From the NCBI GenBank assembly GCA_963762355.1, contig CAVXKJ010000001.1, positions 24,860 through 88,859 on the forward strand: a stretch of 64,000 nt of DNA, read 5' to 3'. This DNA is from an uncultured Candidatus Micrarchaeota archaeon (GTDB taxonomy: Archaea > Micrarchaeota > Micrarchaeia > Micrarchaeales > Micrarchaeaceae). A program made the position numbers and the translations under genes. Positions 46,413-57,017 of this stretch are shown one piece after another; positions within the stretch are counted from its first letter, which is position 1, and each line of letters opens with the position of its first letter. The notes under the pieces are model-generated. The model searched no databases. It saw only the letters and a program-made list of their open reading frames with translations, and was not told the DNA's origin.

Positions 46413-49400
46413 CTACATGTATTTTGAGAGGTTGAACTGCTTTGTCGGTGCAGCCTCCGCATCGCCTCCGAATACATTGTTTATCTCGTCTTTTATCAGA
46501 AGCAGCCTCTGCTTAAGATATGGCTCAAGGTTGTATCTGTTCGCAAGGTCTATCGCCATTGTAAGGTACTTCTCTATGCTGCCCTTTGATATTGTCAGCA
46601 CTATCTTCCCATTGCACCTTGTGCATTTACCGACAAGCGGAACTCTCCTGTATTTTGCGTTGCATGCAACGCACCTGAACTGCTGCTTTGAGAATGAATG
46701 CATGTTTCCTATAAGGTCTGGTATGAAATGACTCATTATGAGCCGTCTTGCCGTGTCTTGGCGGTCAACGCTATAGAGCATGTCCATCAGCCTGAACTGC
46801 GCCTCTATTTTCTCCTTCATGCTATTTAGCTTCGTATACATGCTTCTGTGGGGAGCACTAATTATTGCCGTAGAGCCGCTCAGGTGGGTGAACATCAGCC
46901 CTTCGTACTCTCCCTTTTTATTTGAAAGCCTGCTTTTTACTATATCAACGGAGAGTTCTGATGGGGGAAGATACTGGAATGTCTTGCTGTAGAAATCAAG
47001 CCCAAAGCCATTTGTGACCTCCATCTCGTGGACCTCATCATCAACCTCTCCTGGCTCTACCCTTATTGTAAGTATTAGCGGCGCATCCATTGTGCCGCCT
47101 ATTGTAACTGGAAGATAGCTCCTTGAGAAATTTATAAGGGCGTCGAGAAGCAGCATCGTCGTGTCCTCATCGCCGTCGCAATTCCTTCTTCTTGCTGATA
47201 TGACATAAGGATGGGCAAACCCTACATTTGCATCTGTGAATCCGGCTATCCTGCACAGCACCCCTGCAGATGTATGCGGCGATAGTGTTATAACATAGTG
47301 GCCGACAAGCTCGTCTATCGATGATATGTTGTAGAACGACTCCAGATGGTAGAACCCGACCAGAAGCTGGTCTATGAATCTTGCCACATTCAGGAAATGC
47401 TCTGCGCCCTTCCTGTTGAGTATTACATCCTGGTGCCTCATCTCTACAAGCTGGTCCCCATTCTTCAACTCGTTTCCGAGGTAATCATTTGTGTATCCTA
47501 ATTCGTTTAACTTATCAACGCCCACCATCGCCTCGTTGGGATAGAAATGGGTCATTGGCATGTCTGTTGCATCAAATCTTGAGGTGCCATCCTTGAATAT
47601 GTGCACATTATTATTTGCACGCAGTATTCCCTTTTCCATTGGCTCGCATATCTTGTCCCTGCTGAATAATCCCTTTACGCCCTTTATGCCCTTATTGAGC
47701 TGGCGCTCGCCTAGTTCCTTGAGCGCACTCTCGACTACCTCATTTATGTTTATGATGCGCTGCTCCTTTGCAAATGCGCTTCCGCCGCAGTTCATGCACT
47801 TCTCCGTATTCGATATCATTCCGCAGCTTGCGCATGTCAGCTCAAGCCTTGCATTTGATTTGTGGGTTTTGCAATATGGGAGGAACGTTGTCTCCTTTCC
47901 CGCAATGCACCTGTACTTTGCTATCTCGATGCTTATGCCTGCACCACCAAACTTCCTTTTCTCGCCGTTGTACGCCTTGTAGATGCTCCTCTCCCTGCCA
48001 CCCGCCTCGGCTACTGGAAATATGATATGCGGTGATGGCTTCATGAGGCGTTCCCTTGCCTTCTCCGGCCTTCCTATTCGGGCGCCAATCCTTGTAGACC
48101 GCCTCATCACCATGAATTGGGATACAGAGTTTATTGCATCGAGTGTTGACATACCGGAATCTGATCTTTCTTTTGCCTTCATGGCAAGCCTGCCATTGCT
48201 TTCGGCAAAGCCAAGAGTTGCAAGAATGCTTTGGGCATGCTCCCCTCTGATAATTACTGATGATTCCCTTTCCGCATGTGGGATGCATATCCTTTCCGCA
48301 AGATCAACGATTGATGTGGATTCGCTCACCTTTGGAAGGCTTATCGATGCAACATCAAAGACAGACTCGCCGCTCTTTTCTATGCTTGAAAGCAGAATAG
48401 CATTGCGCAGTTCGGCAAGCTCATCGGGGTTTATCTCAGAATAATCATAAATGTAAAGAGGATGCATGGGCACCTTATGTGCAAGTGAGATCTCATATGC
48501 GCTTTTGAATGATATCCCATTCGGAATTTCTCCTGAATAACCTGATGCCCTAAGCTGTGCCTCCCAATATTCCTCAACATAGCTTGTTGGCTGATAGCGG
48601 TGTATTTGATTTCTTGAAATCGCCGTATGTGACCAGTATGTCACCAACAGCTAATATCTTCCTTACCATTGGCACCAATTCTCTTGCAATAGCTGCATCA
48701 TTTATGCGGAACGCCTCCCCATTGTCAAGCTTCACAAATGGTCCCTCTATGCTGTCTACTGGTGCTGCAACGCATCCCTTCCCCGGCTTTTCTATCCTAA
48801 GTTGCGTGCCAGTAGCTATGAAGTCGTTGAGTATTATCATCGTCGCAGGGCTGAAGCCCTTTGCTGCTATGCCTGTGAGCCTTGATCTCCCATATCGCAG
48901 CCTGAAGCTGCCGTTCATTCCAGGATAGGAGAGCACAGGCCTGCCGGCAACGAGCTCCTGGAGGAATACGGCATTGTTCTTATCCTTGTCCTCTCTTTGG
49001 GCACGGGCTCTTCTCTACTTTTATTATGTTGTTGAGCCAGCTCCAGTCGAGATCAACAGCCTTTGTGTACTTGAGCACGCTCTTTGCTTTCTGCGCTATG
49101 CCCTCGCATACAACAAGTCCTATTCCGCCGCGCACCCTGTTCGTGATAGGCTGCTCCTTTCCCTTGCCATCAAGCCTTTTTATATTCCTGTGTATGCTTA
49201 CCTCTATCTTTTCAGTTGGCATGCCGTCGACGCAGACAGCACAATTCTCCAGTATATGTCGCTTATGTCGCTCTCAGGCGGATAGTATTGGAGACGTGCG
49301 ACATCTTGAATTATATATCTGTATTTCCTCTATGTACCTCTCGATCTCTGATTGCTGTGCCTTGTATGCACCTACCCCAAGGAGCTTGCGCGCATAGTCA

Positions 49401-49881
49401 GCAAGCGCCACTGACATTGCCGCACCAGTCCCTCCAGCGCCCCTTATGGGCCCCGCATAAAGAAGTGCGATATAGTCAGACCCGTCACTATTCCTATGCA
49501 TCTCAACTTTTTGTATTCCTTCTGTAGGTGCAACAACTATACCCTCGGTGAGTATTGCAAGGCCTACGCGAACCCCAAGCAGTATCTTCTCGTCGTAGTT
49601 TTCTTGTCGAATGAAGATCCTGTGCATATCTCTTTTACCATCTCGAAGGCAAGCTCTTGGCGGCCTTTTCCAGTGACCCTTGCCTTTATCATCTCGGCTA
49701 TGCCATCTATGCCTATTATCCCGCCTACCCTTGATGCAAGGTCAGGCGCAGGCACTATCTCAACATACCTTTTCGGATCGTACCCCCGCTCGCGTGCATG
49801 AGTTGCAACTATGTTTATAGACTCGAAGTCTCTCTTAAGCATCTCAAAATACTCCTCGGTTTCCATCTTATCCCTGGCCAT
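46413..49881 (-). pseudogene. polC: DNA polymerase D large subunit DP2, interrupted by about 5 frameshifts
   Basis: Five consecutive minus-strand ORFs together spell a colinear DP2: 49881-49564, 49627-49274, 49222-48980, 48936-48574 and 48647-46413. Recognisable segments are ...[52 protein letters not shown] and C-terminal zinc modules. Each junction is repaired by a 1-nt shift. Confidence 0.9.
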
Positions 49882-51380
49882 CGAAGTTCACTATAGTGAA
49901 CTTGTCGCTCTTCGCCTCGTATATCGGAACCATGCATGGGGTTGGCACATGCCCGAGCGAAAGCTGGTAATCTGTTGTTGACTGCCATGTGCCGCTGTTT
50001 ATTATGTCAACGCCATGGTAGTTTGCCATGCCATTCTTGTGCACGTGCCCCATGTGCAGTATGTCGGGCACCCTGTCTATCACCATGTTGTCGTTCTTGC
50101 TGGGCACTATTATGTTGCCCCCGTATATGGGCGAGAGGTGCCTCCTCTTTAGTATCTCTGTCATTGCCTTCTCAGGCTTTGCGTAGCTGGTGCCCGGGAA
50201 TTGCGCTTATAACCGAATCAAGGGATGTTCCGTGATATGCGAGTATGTCTATGCCGTGCAGTGTGAGGAAGCTCGGGTTCGGGATTATGTGCACGTTATC
50301 CGCCTTGAAGTCTCCTACAAGCTCATTGCTGAGCTGCGGCTGCGGTTCTGCCCTCTGCACCGCATCATGATTGCCAGGTATTATGAAAACCTGCACATAA
50401 TCGGGAATCATGCCTATGAAATTGAAGAATATCTTGTATTGGGAATATATGTCAAGCACTGTGAGGCTTCTGTCCTGGTTCGGATAGACGCCGATTCCAT
50501 CCACCACATCACCGCCTATGACAAGATACTTTACCTTGCCGCAAGATCCTCGCGCTTCTCGTAGTTTCCATTGAGCCACTTTATGAAATTGGAGAAATTC
50601 TTTTCCATGAAGAACTTGCTGCCCACGTGTGTGTCTGATATGAATGCTATCGCCACGTCATCTTCAGCCTGCTTGCGCTCCTTTATGGGTATGTCAGGCC
50701 AGACAAACTCGGATGCTATTATAAAAGGCCCTGATATCTTCCCGCTTATTGCTATTACCTCGTCATCAACAAGATGCCGGGCCTTCTCGAAGAGCTCGCG
50801 TGATTGCTTGGAGGAGCCGTTCATGAAAATTATCTTGGCATCAGCGGTCTCGTCATCGATCACGACCATTATGTTTCCATTCTTGGTTGTAATTTTGTTC
50901 GCTATTATTCCCAATACCGTTATCTCGCGCCCATTTGAGTATGACTTTACGCTTTCCAGATTGGCAACCATGCCATTCAGGCTATTCCTGTGCTGCAGTA
51001 TTATCTTCCTCAGTCTTTCAAGCCTGCTGCGGAAGTATGAGACAAATCCATCAACAGTACCGTTTGAGTATTCGATCGGCTTGTTCGATATGCATATAAC
51101 GTGCATCTATCTCCGATGCAGAGGCCTTGAAACCGCTCTTCTGCAGCATCTCAATTGGCTTGGGGGATTTTTCAATCCTTATCTGGTCGACTATGTTGGA
51201 TATGTCCATCTTGTTTATTATGTTGAAGCTTGGATCAGAGATCATTCTCTCTATTATCCTTGATGCTATCGCCTCTATGTCAAGCCCTGAAAAGTCTCCC
51301 TCATTGACATCAGCCGCAACCAGGACACCAAATTTCGAAAGTTTCCCTACGAGATTCTTGACAGAATTTTCACCAGGCAT
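49868..51380 (-). pseudogene. polB: DNA polymerase D small subunit DP1, interrupted by 3 frameshifts
   Basis: Four colinear ORFs: 51380-51051, 51106-50531, 50579-50172 and 50164-49868. Calcineurin-like phosphoesterase motifs are present (ISDTHVGS, GGDVVDGIG, IPGNHDA, GHVH). Junctions lie near 51095, 50555 and 50170. Confidence 0.9.
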
Positions 51381-51381
51381 G

Positions 51382-51651
51382 TCAATTACTGGTCTTTATC
51401 GATTCCAGCATGCTAAGTATGCTCCAGACACCGGTGCGCGCCTGAGCAGGAAGATTTATATCGTTGCTTATCGAGTCCATGCTGTATATTGCGGATGAGA
51501 CCCGAACAACATAATCACCATCGGAACTGAGATGATCCTTCGCCTGCTTTACTGCGCTCTTCACATTCTTTGGAACGCTTGTGTCGCTCAACAGCATATC
51601 TATCTGCCTCTTTATCTGGTCTATAAGTTCAGCTACCTCCTCATCGTTCAT
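51382..51651 (-). CDS. UPF0147-family protein
   Basis: 89 aa. DTSVPKNVKSAVKQAKDHL ... SNDINLPAQARTGVWSILSMLE matches the UPF0147 pattern. It ends 1 nt before the DP1 start. Confidence 0.7.
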   Translation of the reverse strand: MNDEEVAELIDQIKRQIDMLLSDTSVPKNVKSAVKQAKDHLSSDGDYVVRVSSAIYSMDSISNDINLPAQARTGVWSILSMLESIKTSN

Positions 51652-51737
51652 TTGTACACCCCTTAGGAATTAGACCTAATACTATCAGTTATAAAGTATT
51701 TATTCCTATCTGAATAGCCGCGACAATGCATTACTAG

Positions 51738-52466
51738 CTATACAGGTACAGGCCCTAGGAAGTGTCCTATCAGATAACCGGCAAATCCTGCAGCCATTCC
51801 TATAATCAGCATCTGCATCCCGCTTTTCCATATGGAGCCAACAGTGGTTTTTGCCTCGTAAGCCCCGATTATAAACAATGCAATGGCACTGATTGCTATA
51901 GACCATATAACTCCAGTAAGTATAGCACTACCTATGAAGAAGAATGGGATTAACGGGATTATGGATCCGAATACTGCTGCAACACCGACTATGGCAGCGC
52001 TTTTCAGCGCTTCGGATTTTTCAATAGGTGAAAGTTTGAGCTCGTATGCCATCATGAATTCAAGCATAGCCTTTGGATTTGAGGCGATCTTATCGGTCAT
52101 GTGCTCAAGCTCCTTGCCTTTATAGCCCCAGTTCTTGAATATCTCCCTGACCTCCTCACGTTCCTTGGCAGGCACCTCTTTCATTTCACGCTTCTCCCTC
52201 TCGACCTCTTTCAGGTAGAGCTTGCGTCTTGCCAATGTTGAGGTGTACGCAACTGCACCCATTGATATTGATTCCGCACCCAGAGCGGCCAAAGCCGCTA
52301 CAAATATTATACGGATATCCGAAGTGGCTGCGCTTACCCCGAGTATTATGCCTAGGACATTTACTAAACCATCCTGCCCTCCAAGAATAAAGTTTGAGAG
52401 AAGAGTAGGCCTGGTATGATGCTCCTCATTATTGAATAGATTGAATTTCAACATCGTATATACCAT
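51738..52466 (-). CDS. VIT1/CCC1-family iron/manganese transporter
   Basis: ILGGQDGLVNVLGIILGV motif, a central cytosolic helical segment and C-terminal TM segments. Confidence 0.85.
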   Translation of the reverse strand: MVYTMLKFNLFNNEEHHTRPTLLSNFILGGQDGLVNVLGIILGVSAATSDIRIIFVAALAALGAESISMGAVAYTSTLARRKLYLKEVEREKREMKEVPAKEREEVREIFKNWGYKGKELEHMTDKIASNPKAMLEFMMAYELKLSPIEKSEALKSAAIVGVAAVFGSIIPLIPFFFIGSAILTGVIWSIAISAIALFIIGAYEAKTTVGSIWKSGMQMLIIGMAAGFAGYLIGHFLGPVPV

Positions 52467-52470
52467 TCTG

Positions 52471-53817
52471 TCAATTGCTTTTAACCTTTCCCTTCTTGTA
52501 ATTAGTGGTTATGCCATTTGTAATCCTAGCAATCACTGCACATGATGCATATGAAAGCAGAAAGACTGTAACCATTACCACGACAATGCCGAATGCCTCT
52601 ATTCCAAGCTGGGAAACTGCTGCCATTCCACCCCCGAAGAGGAGACCATTTGGCAGGCTCGGGTTTCCTGAGGCAGCAGCAAATGCTCCCTGCGCAAATA
52701 CTGCAATCATCAAAACTCCGAACAATCCACCCACAAGATGGCCGGGAAATAGGCCAACAGGATCAGAGAACCATTTCTGCCTTGAAAACCACCTGTTTGC
52801 GTATGTAAATAGAAGTCCTCCGAGCAGGCCGAGGATGGCTGCGCTTCCAGGGCTTACAAATCCCGCAAGTGGCGTTATTACTATAAGACCCATAAGTATT
52901 CCATTGGTTACCGTGAGTATGCCTGGCTGCTCCTTTGCTATTAGATAGCCGAACAGCATGGTGGAGAACATTGCTGTTGCCGCAGCAAGGAATGTTGTAA
53001 CGACTACTGTCATTGCGCTACCATTGAAGGCAAGCACACTTCCGGGGTTAAAACCAAACCATCCGATCCAGAGAAACAGTATTCCAAGTGCAAGCCATTC
53101 GCTGTTTACTTTTATGGGGACTTGCGGACTTTTGGTATATCCTTTTTTCTTTTCCTCTTTCCATATCTGAAGTAGGATGCCAAATCCTGCAGCTGCAGCG
53201 GCGCCATGCACTACTAGTCCTCCGGCAAAATCACGGAATCCAATGCTGTAAAGCCAGCCTGTGGGATTCCATATCCATGCAGCAGGAAGTGTCCAGATTA
53301 TTATGAAATAGACAAATGAGTATATCACAAATGAGGTAAGCTTCATCTTCCTAAGAACTATTACGCCGACAAGTGCAAGAGTCACTGATGCGAAGGCAGC
53401 CTCAAACAGGAAGTATGTACCTGTTGAGAGTCCGGTATTGAAATAGCTGGCAGTCATTGACCACCAAGCTCCATTAAGCAATCCTATTGAATTGCTCGAG
53501 AAGCCACCAAGGAAAAGACCGTTATAGAATGGATTTCCTATAAGCCCGTGAAGGATTGTAGGCGCAAATGCGATGTTGAAGCCTATGAATGCCATAACAA
53601 ATATTGCCGATCCTGTTATCAGTATTGTCTTGAGCAGACTGCGTGAGAATTTCTCGCCGAGCTCGCCAACCTCAAGAAAGCCGACAGCTATAGTCATCAG
53701 AAATACAAGAAGAGCTGCTATCAAAACCCAAAGGTTGTTTATCAATGCTATAGGATCCGCCACATCCCCGCCCCAATAAAGAATGCAAGGGAGCAAATAA
53801 AAACCCTTTGCATGCAA
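52471..53817 (-). CDS. amt: ammonium transporter
   Basis: 448 aa and polytopic, with Amt/MEP motifs (DFAGGLVVHG..., GWFGFNPGS). No adjacent glnK. Confidence 0.95.
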   Translation of the reverse strand: MHAKGFYLLPCILYWGGDVADPIALINNLWVLIAALLVFLMTIAVGFLEVGELGEKFSRSLLKTILITGSAIFVMAFIGFNIAFAPTILHGLIGNPFYNGLFLGGFSSNSIGLLNGAWWSMTASYFNTGLSTGTYFLFEAAFASVTLALVGVIVLRKMKLTSFVIYSFVYFIIIWTLPAAWIWNPTGWLYSIGFRDFAGGLVVHGAAAAAGFGILLQIWKEEKKKGYTKSPQVPIKVNSEWLALGILFLWIGWFGFNPGSVLAFNGSAMTVVVTTFLAAATAMFSTMLFGYLIAKEQPGILTVTNGILMGLIVITPLAGFVSPGSAAILGLLGGLLFTYANRWFSRQKWFSDPVGLFPGHLVGGLFGVLMIAVFAQGAFAAASGNPSLPNGLLFGGGMAAVSQLGIEAFGIVVVMVTVFLLSYASCAVIARITNGITTNYKKGKVKSN

Positions 53818-53930
53818 GAGTTAGAAAGAACAGAAGGATTCGCATTTGTTTATATCTATAAAGTCTACAGTTGATCTTGAAAAGTGGGATCTGAACCTTA
53901 AGTAGTGTGCCTTGGGATTCGGATCCATTT

Positions 53931-54581
53931 TTATATAATGTATGGTATTATCCTTGCCGTGCTTTTAGAATATTCTTTGTACTTGCTTCCGAACCTGTTG
54001 ACCAGTGCCTTTTCCTCTACGCTTATGCGGTATACATAAGCAAGCGACAAGAAAGCAGTATATAATATTGCAATAAACAATGATCCTGTCACTATTCCGA
54101 ATCCTAAGATTATGAGTAAACCGCCAGAGTATCCAGGATGCCTTACGAATCTGTACGGGCCCTTTGTGATGAGCTTTTGAAGCCTTGAAGTCACTACGAA
54201 ATAGGTGAAGGACCTGCCTAGGGTATAAGTTGCCCATAATCTTAATGATTCACCTGCTATAATCAAAATAATGCCTAGAGCTATTGCGGACAAAGGCAAC
54301 ATCAAGTAGCCAATTTTTATCCCTAATATGTTCGTTCCTACAAGCAGGAAAATACCTAAATATTCAGCAGAGTATACTAAGAAAAACGAGAGCTTGTCTT
54401 CCTTTATAGCAGCCTTTATTATAGATATGATGCCCATATGTGATAATTCCTTGTGGTACTTTAATGGTACGAATATCATCTGATTGAGTATCTGTAGTGT
54501 CTCAGAAACACCCACAAAAAAGGAGCTGAAAAGTAGCAACTCTGAGAACCCAAAGATAGTAGGCATGCAACACACGAGCAA
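53931..54581 (-). CDS. isoprenylcysteine carboxyl methyltransferase (ICMT/PEMT) family membrane protein
   Basis: TKGPYRFVRHPGYSGGLLIILG motif. Confidence 0.8.
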   Translation of the reverse strand: MLVCCMPTIFGFSELLLFSSFFVGVSETLQILNQMIFVPLKYHKELSHMGIISIIKAAIKEDKLSFFLVYSAEYLGIFLLVGTNILGIKIGYLMLPLSAIALGIILIIAGESLRLWATYTLGRSFTYFVVTSRLQKLITKGPYRFVRHPGYSGGLLIILGFGIVTGSLFIAILYTAFLSLAYVYRISVEEKALVNRFGSKYKEYSKSTARIIPYII

Positions 54582-54656
54582 TTGATTAAATTAATATATT
54601 GATTATGTAGTGCTGCTTTTAAGCCTAACACTGCGGGCTTCATCTTTCAAACATTA

Positions 54657-54670
54657 CGCCTTGGCCGGGA
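54657..54670. repeat. direct repeat copy 1 of a tRNA 3'-end core (att-like)
   Basis: CGCCTTGGCCGGGA is identical to 56688-56701. Its 12-nt core CGCCTTGGCCGG also occurs at 56151-56162. Confidence 0.8.
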
Positions 54671-54754
54671 ACCTAACTTTTATTGAGGTTCCGCAGTATT
54701 TATAAGCCACCACCAAAAGCATTAAATATATTCACATACTGAATAATTCATTAG

Positions 54755-56137
54755 GTGAATATTATTAGGTTTATTAACAGAGAGGAAGAGCTTGCCAGGC
54801 TAAGGGAAATAAAGATTCTTTCAAAGGACAAGTTATTTGTCGCAATAATATATGGACTCAGAAGGATAGGCAAAACACGGTTGTTGATAGAGTTCATAAA
54901 GAATGATGGACTTTATTTCTTTGTAAATAAGAACAAAACATCATCAGATCTGCTAAATGAATTTCAGGGCATATTAAAAGAAAACAATATTTTGGGGGAA
55001 CTGGAAACTTTACCATCTTGGGACAAATTTTTTGAGATTTTAACATCAAGAAAACCATTAACTGCTGTTTTTGATGAATTTCAAAATTTTGCTTTTGTTG
55101 AGCCTGCTGCTTTTGGCATACTCCAGAAAACTATTGATTTGAATGAGAACAAGAGCGGTATGATAATCCTATCAGGATCTTTGATCGGCCTTGTGAAGGA
55201 TCTCTTTAAGAACAATAAGGAACCATTGTATGGTCGGGTTAAGTTTAGTAAAAAAATAGAACCGTTGAGTCTAAGGTCATGTGTTAGTATTGGAAAAGAG
55301 CTTGGTCTTGAGCCAGAGACGCTATTAAAGCTTTATATGGTATTTGGCGGATATCCAAAGTACTACGTTACACTTGAAGACTACAAATCTGAAAGCCAGA
55401 CCATGGATGTAATTCTTGATCTCTTAATTTTTAATAAGAATGCGCCATTGGAAGACGAAGTAAATACTATACTATCGCAGGAATTTGGGAACAGAAGCGG
55501 AATTTATTATTCGATTATAGAGGCAATAGCAACAGGCAACAATACAATATCGGCAATTGCTGGCTATTTGAATGTGCCTGCAACTTCAATAACCCGCCAG
55601 CTAGGTGAGCTTAAAGATTATTTTGAACTTATAGATCTAGAAATGCCCTATCAGGGTAAAAGAGGCGTATATAGGGTAGTTCATCCATTCCTTTACTTTT
55701 GGTTTTCAAAAATATATAAGAACCAGTCTGATTATGCCTCAAGAAAGCCAGAATTCATAAAATCAGCAAAGTCGGATCTCAATGTCTTCTTTGGAAGAAG
55801 ATTTGAAGTGTTAGCAAAGGAATTCTTAACAAATAAATTGAAATTTAGTCGATCGCATAGGCAATGGGGAAAAATTCCAATGGCAAAAAGTGGTGAAACT
55901 ACTTACGAGATTGATCTTATAGGAGATAATAATGATGGTTGTTATGCTTTTGAATTTAAATGGAAAGATCTTGATTATATAGAAGCAATAAGAATAATAG
56001 AGAAACTTAAAAGTAAGTGTGGATATGTCCAGGAATTACCAAAGAACCCTAGATTTGGAATCGTTGCAAAGAAAATTACAAACAAACAAAAAATATTAGA
56101 TGCTGGTTATCTGGCTTATGATTTAAGCGATTTCTAG
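54755..56137 (+). CDS. archaeal AAA+ ATPase (Arch_ATPase N-domain plus DUF234-like C-domain)
   Basis: FINREEELARL..., Walker A GLRRIGKT and a DEFQ Walker B-like motif. The C-terminal segment YEIDLIG...AFEFKW is nuclease-fold-like. Confidence 0.8.
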   Translation: MNIIRFINREEELARLREIKILSKDKLFVAIIYGLRRIGKTRLLIEFIKNDGLYFFVNKNKTSSDLLNEFQGILKENNILGELETLPSWDKFFEILTSRKPLTAVFDEFQNFAFVEPAAFGILQKTIDLNENKSGMIILSGSLIGLVKDLFKNNKEPLYGRVKFSKKIEPLSLRSCVSIGKELGLEPETLLKLYMVFGGYPKYYVTLEDYKSESQTMDVILDLLIFNKNAPLEDEVNTILSQEFGNRSGIYYSIIEAIATGNNTISAIAGYLNVPATSITRQLGELKDYFELIDLEMPYQGKRGVYRVVHPFLYFWFSKIYKNQSDYASRKPEFIKSAKSDLNVFFGRRFEVLAKEFLTNKLKFSRSHRQWGKIPMAKSGETTYEIDLIGDNNDGCYAFEFKWKDLDYIEAIRIIEKLKSKCGYVQELPKNPRFGIVAKKITNKQKILDAGYLAYDLSDF

Positions 56138-56150
56138 ACTACCAAATATT

Positions 56151-56162
56151 CGCCTTGGCCGG
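56151..56162. repeat. direct repeat copy 2 (att-like core)
   Basis: CGCCTTGGCCGG, 14 nt after the ATPase stop. Confidence 0.75.
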
Positions 56163-56218
56163 TCTTTATTCGTATGTTTAACACCTAGTCTTGTGTCTTT
56201 GCAAAGAGGCGAGGAACC

Positions 56219-56530
56219 TTAGCTACCTTTCACCATTTTACGTAGTAATTTTGTTATAGAATGTGTTGCTTTCAGTCCGTATATACCCAAAGATGAAGCT
56301 ATAAGTGCTACGGAAGTTTCAACACCGAAAACAATATTTGGATGTTTATATTTTGCTAGGGTTGATATTCCAATACTTGTTACTGACAGTCCTATAGCTA
56401 TATATGATATTGCTGTATTTCTAACATTTCGTCTTTGTTCTTTCCAGCTTTCAACGCTTATAGGAAAACCAGTTTTGGGGTCTTCTATCGTTTTTCTATC
56501 TTTATATATACCGACCATTTCATTACCCAA
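56219..56530 (-). CDS. small 2-TM membrane protein
   Basis: 103 aa with two hydrophobic helices (AISYIAIGLSVTSIGISTL and VETSVALIASSLGIYGL). Confidence 0.45.
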   Translation of the reverse strand: MGNEMVGIYKDRKTIEDPKTGFPISVESWKEQRRNVRNTAISYIAIGLSVTSIGISTLAKYKHPNIVFGVETSVALIASSLGIYGLKATHSITKLLRKMVKGS

Positions 56531-56687
56531 GATATACTTTTTCCTTGGATTTAATAAACCTTTTCTATTTTTGGATTTACTAGGTATGATACAAATCTTA
56601 GGGTTTTAATTCCAGTTAGGGATTCGAACTCTGGGTTCGAAACCCAATCGACGACAAGAAAAATCCTAGACGTCAAAGTGGGTTCGA

Positions 56688-56732
56688 CGCCTTGGCCGGG
56701 ATTCGAACCCGGGTTACAACCGTGACAGGTCG
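56688..56732 (-). pseudogene. tRNA 3'-portion remnant (T-arm plus acceptor 3' strand)
   Basis: The minus strand reads CGACCTGTCACGGTTGTAA-CCGGG-TTCGAAT-CCCGG-CCAAGGC-G. No matching 5' half was found. Further T-loop-like GGTTCGA / TCGAACC fragments lie at 56619-56646, 56679-56687 and 56791-56803. Confidence 0.6.
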
Positions 56733-56976
56733 AGCATTATGCTCGTAATTTAAGCTTTTAGTTAGTAATTTCCATAGCTTCATCTTTTAGGAGAATCGAA
56801 CCCTTTTATTAAGCAGTTTATGAAGCTTGAAATTTATATAGACATCGGGTGCGATTTTGTATAAAATTGAACCCCAGAATAACTTAGATAGAGCCAATAA
56901 CTGCGTAAGCAGAACGGCTATATCGTAGAAGTTTTCTGTTATGTCTATCCATACCTGTTTTTGCCTAAAAATAGGC

Positions 56977-57012
56977 TCAGGTAGACTAAAACACCCTTTC
57001 AGGTAGACTAAA
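56977..57012. repeat. 14-bp direct repeat x2
   Basis: TCAGGTAGACTAAA at 56977-56990 and 56999-57012. Confidence 0.8.
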
Positions 57013-57017
57013 TTGGC

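Noticed and set aside
46393-51498. Plus-strand ORFs across the polD locus (for example 47560-47982, 47983-48444, 50571-51263 and 50190-50564), and the possibility of an intein or split-gene organisation of PolD.
   Set aside because: All of these ORFs are antisense to colinear DP1/DP2 fragments. The fragments add up to normal DP1 and DP2 lengths with no extra insert, so no intein is present. The breaks are 1-nt frame changes, not separate genes with their own starts.
54631-54645. GCGGGCTTCATC next to repeat copy 1, matching 10-12 nt of the IS terminal repeat (GTGGGCTTCATCC at 4568-4580). This could be a possible solo IS end.
   Set aside because: The match stops after 10 identical bases, no second end or transposase remnant is nearby, and a 10-mer match is near chance expectation for a 64-kb window searched on both strands.
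56600-56830. A complete, possibly intron-containing, minus-strand tRNA gene.
   Set aside because: Only the T-arm and acceptor 3' strand are convincing. The best candidate 5' acceptor (GCTATGG) has a mismatch. The sequence between is A/T-rich with no D-arm or 7-nt anticodon loop. I treat it as an att-site remnant.
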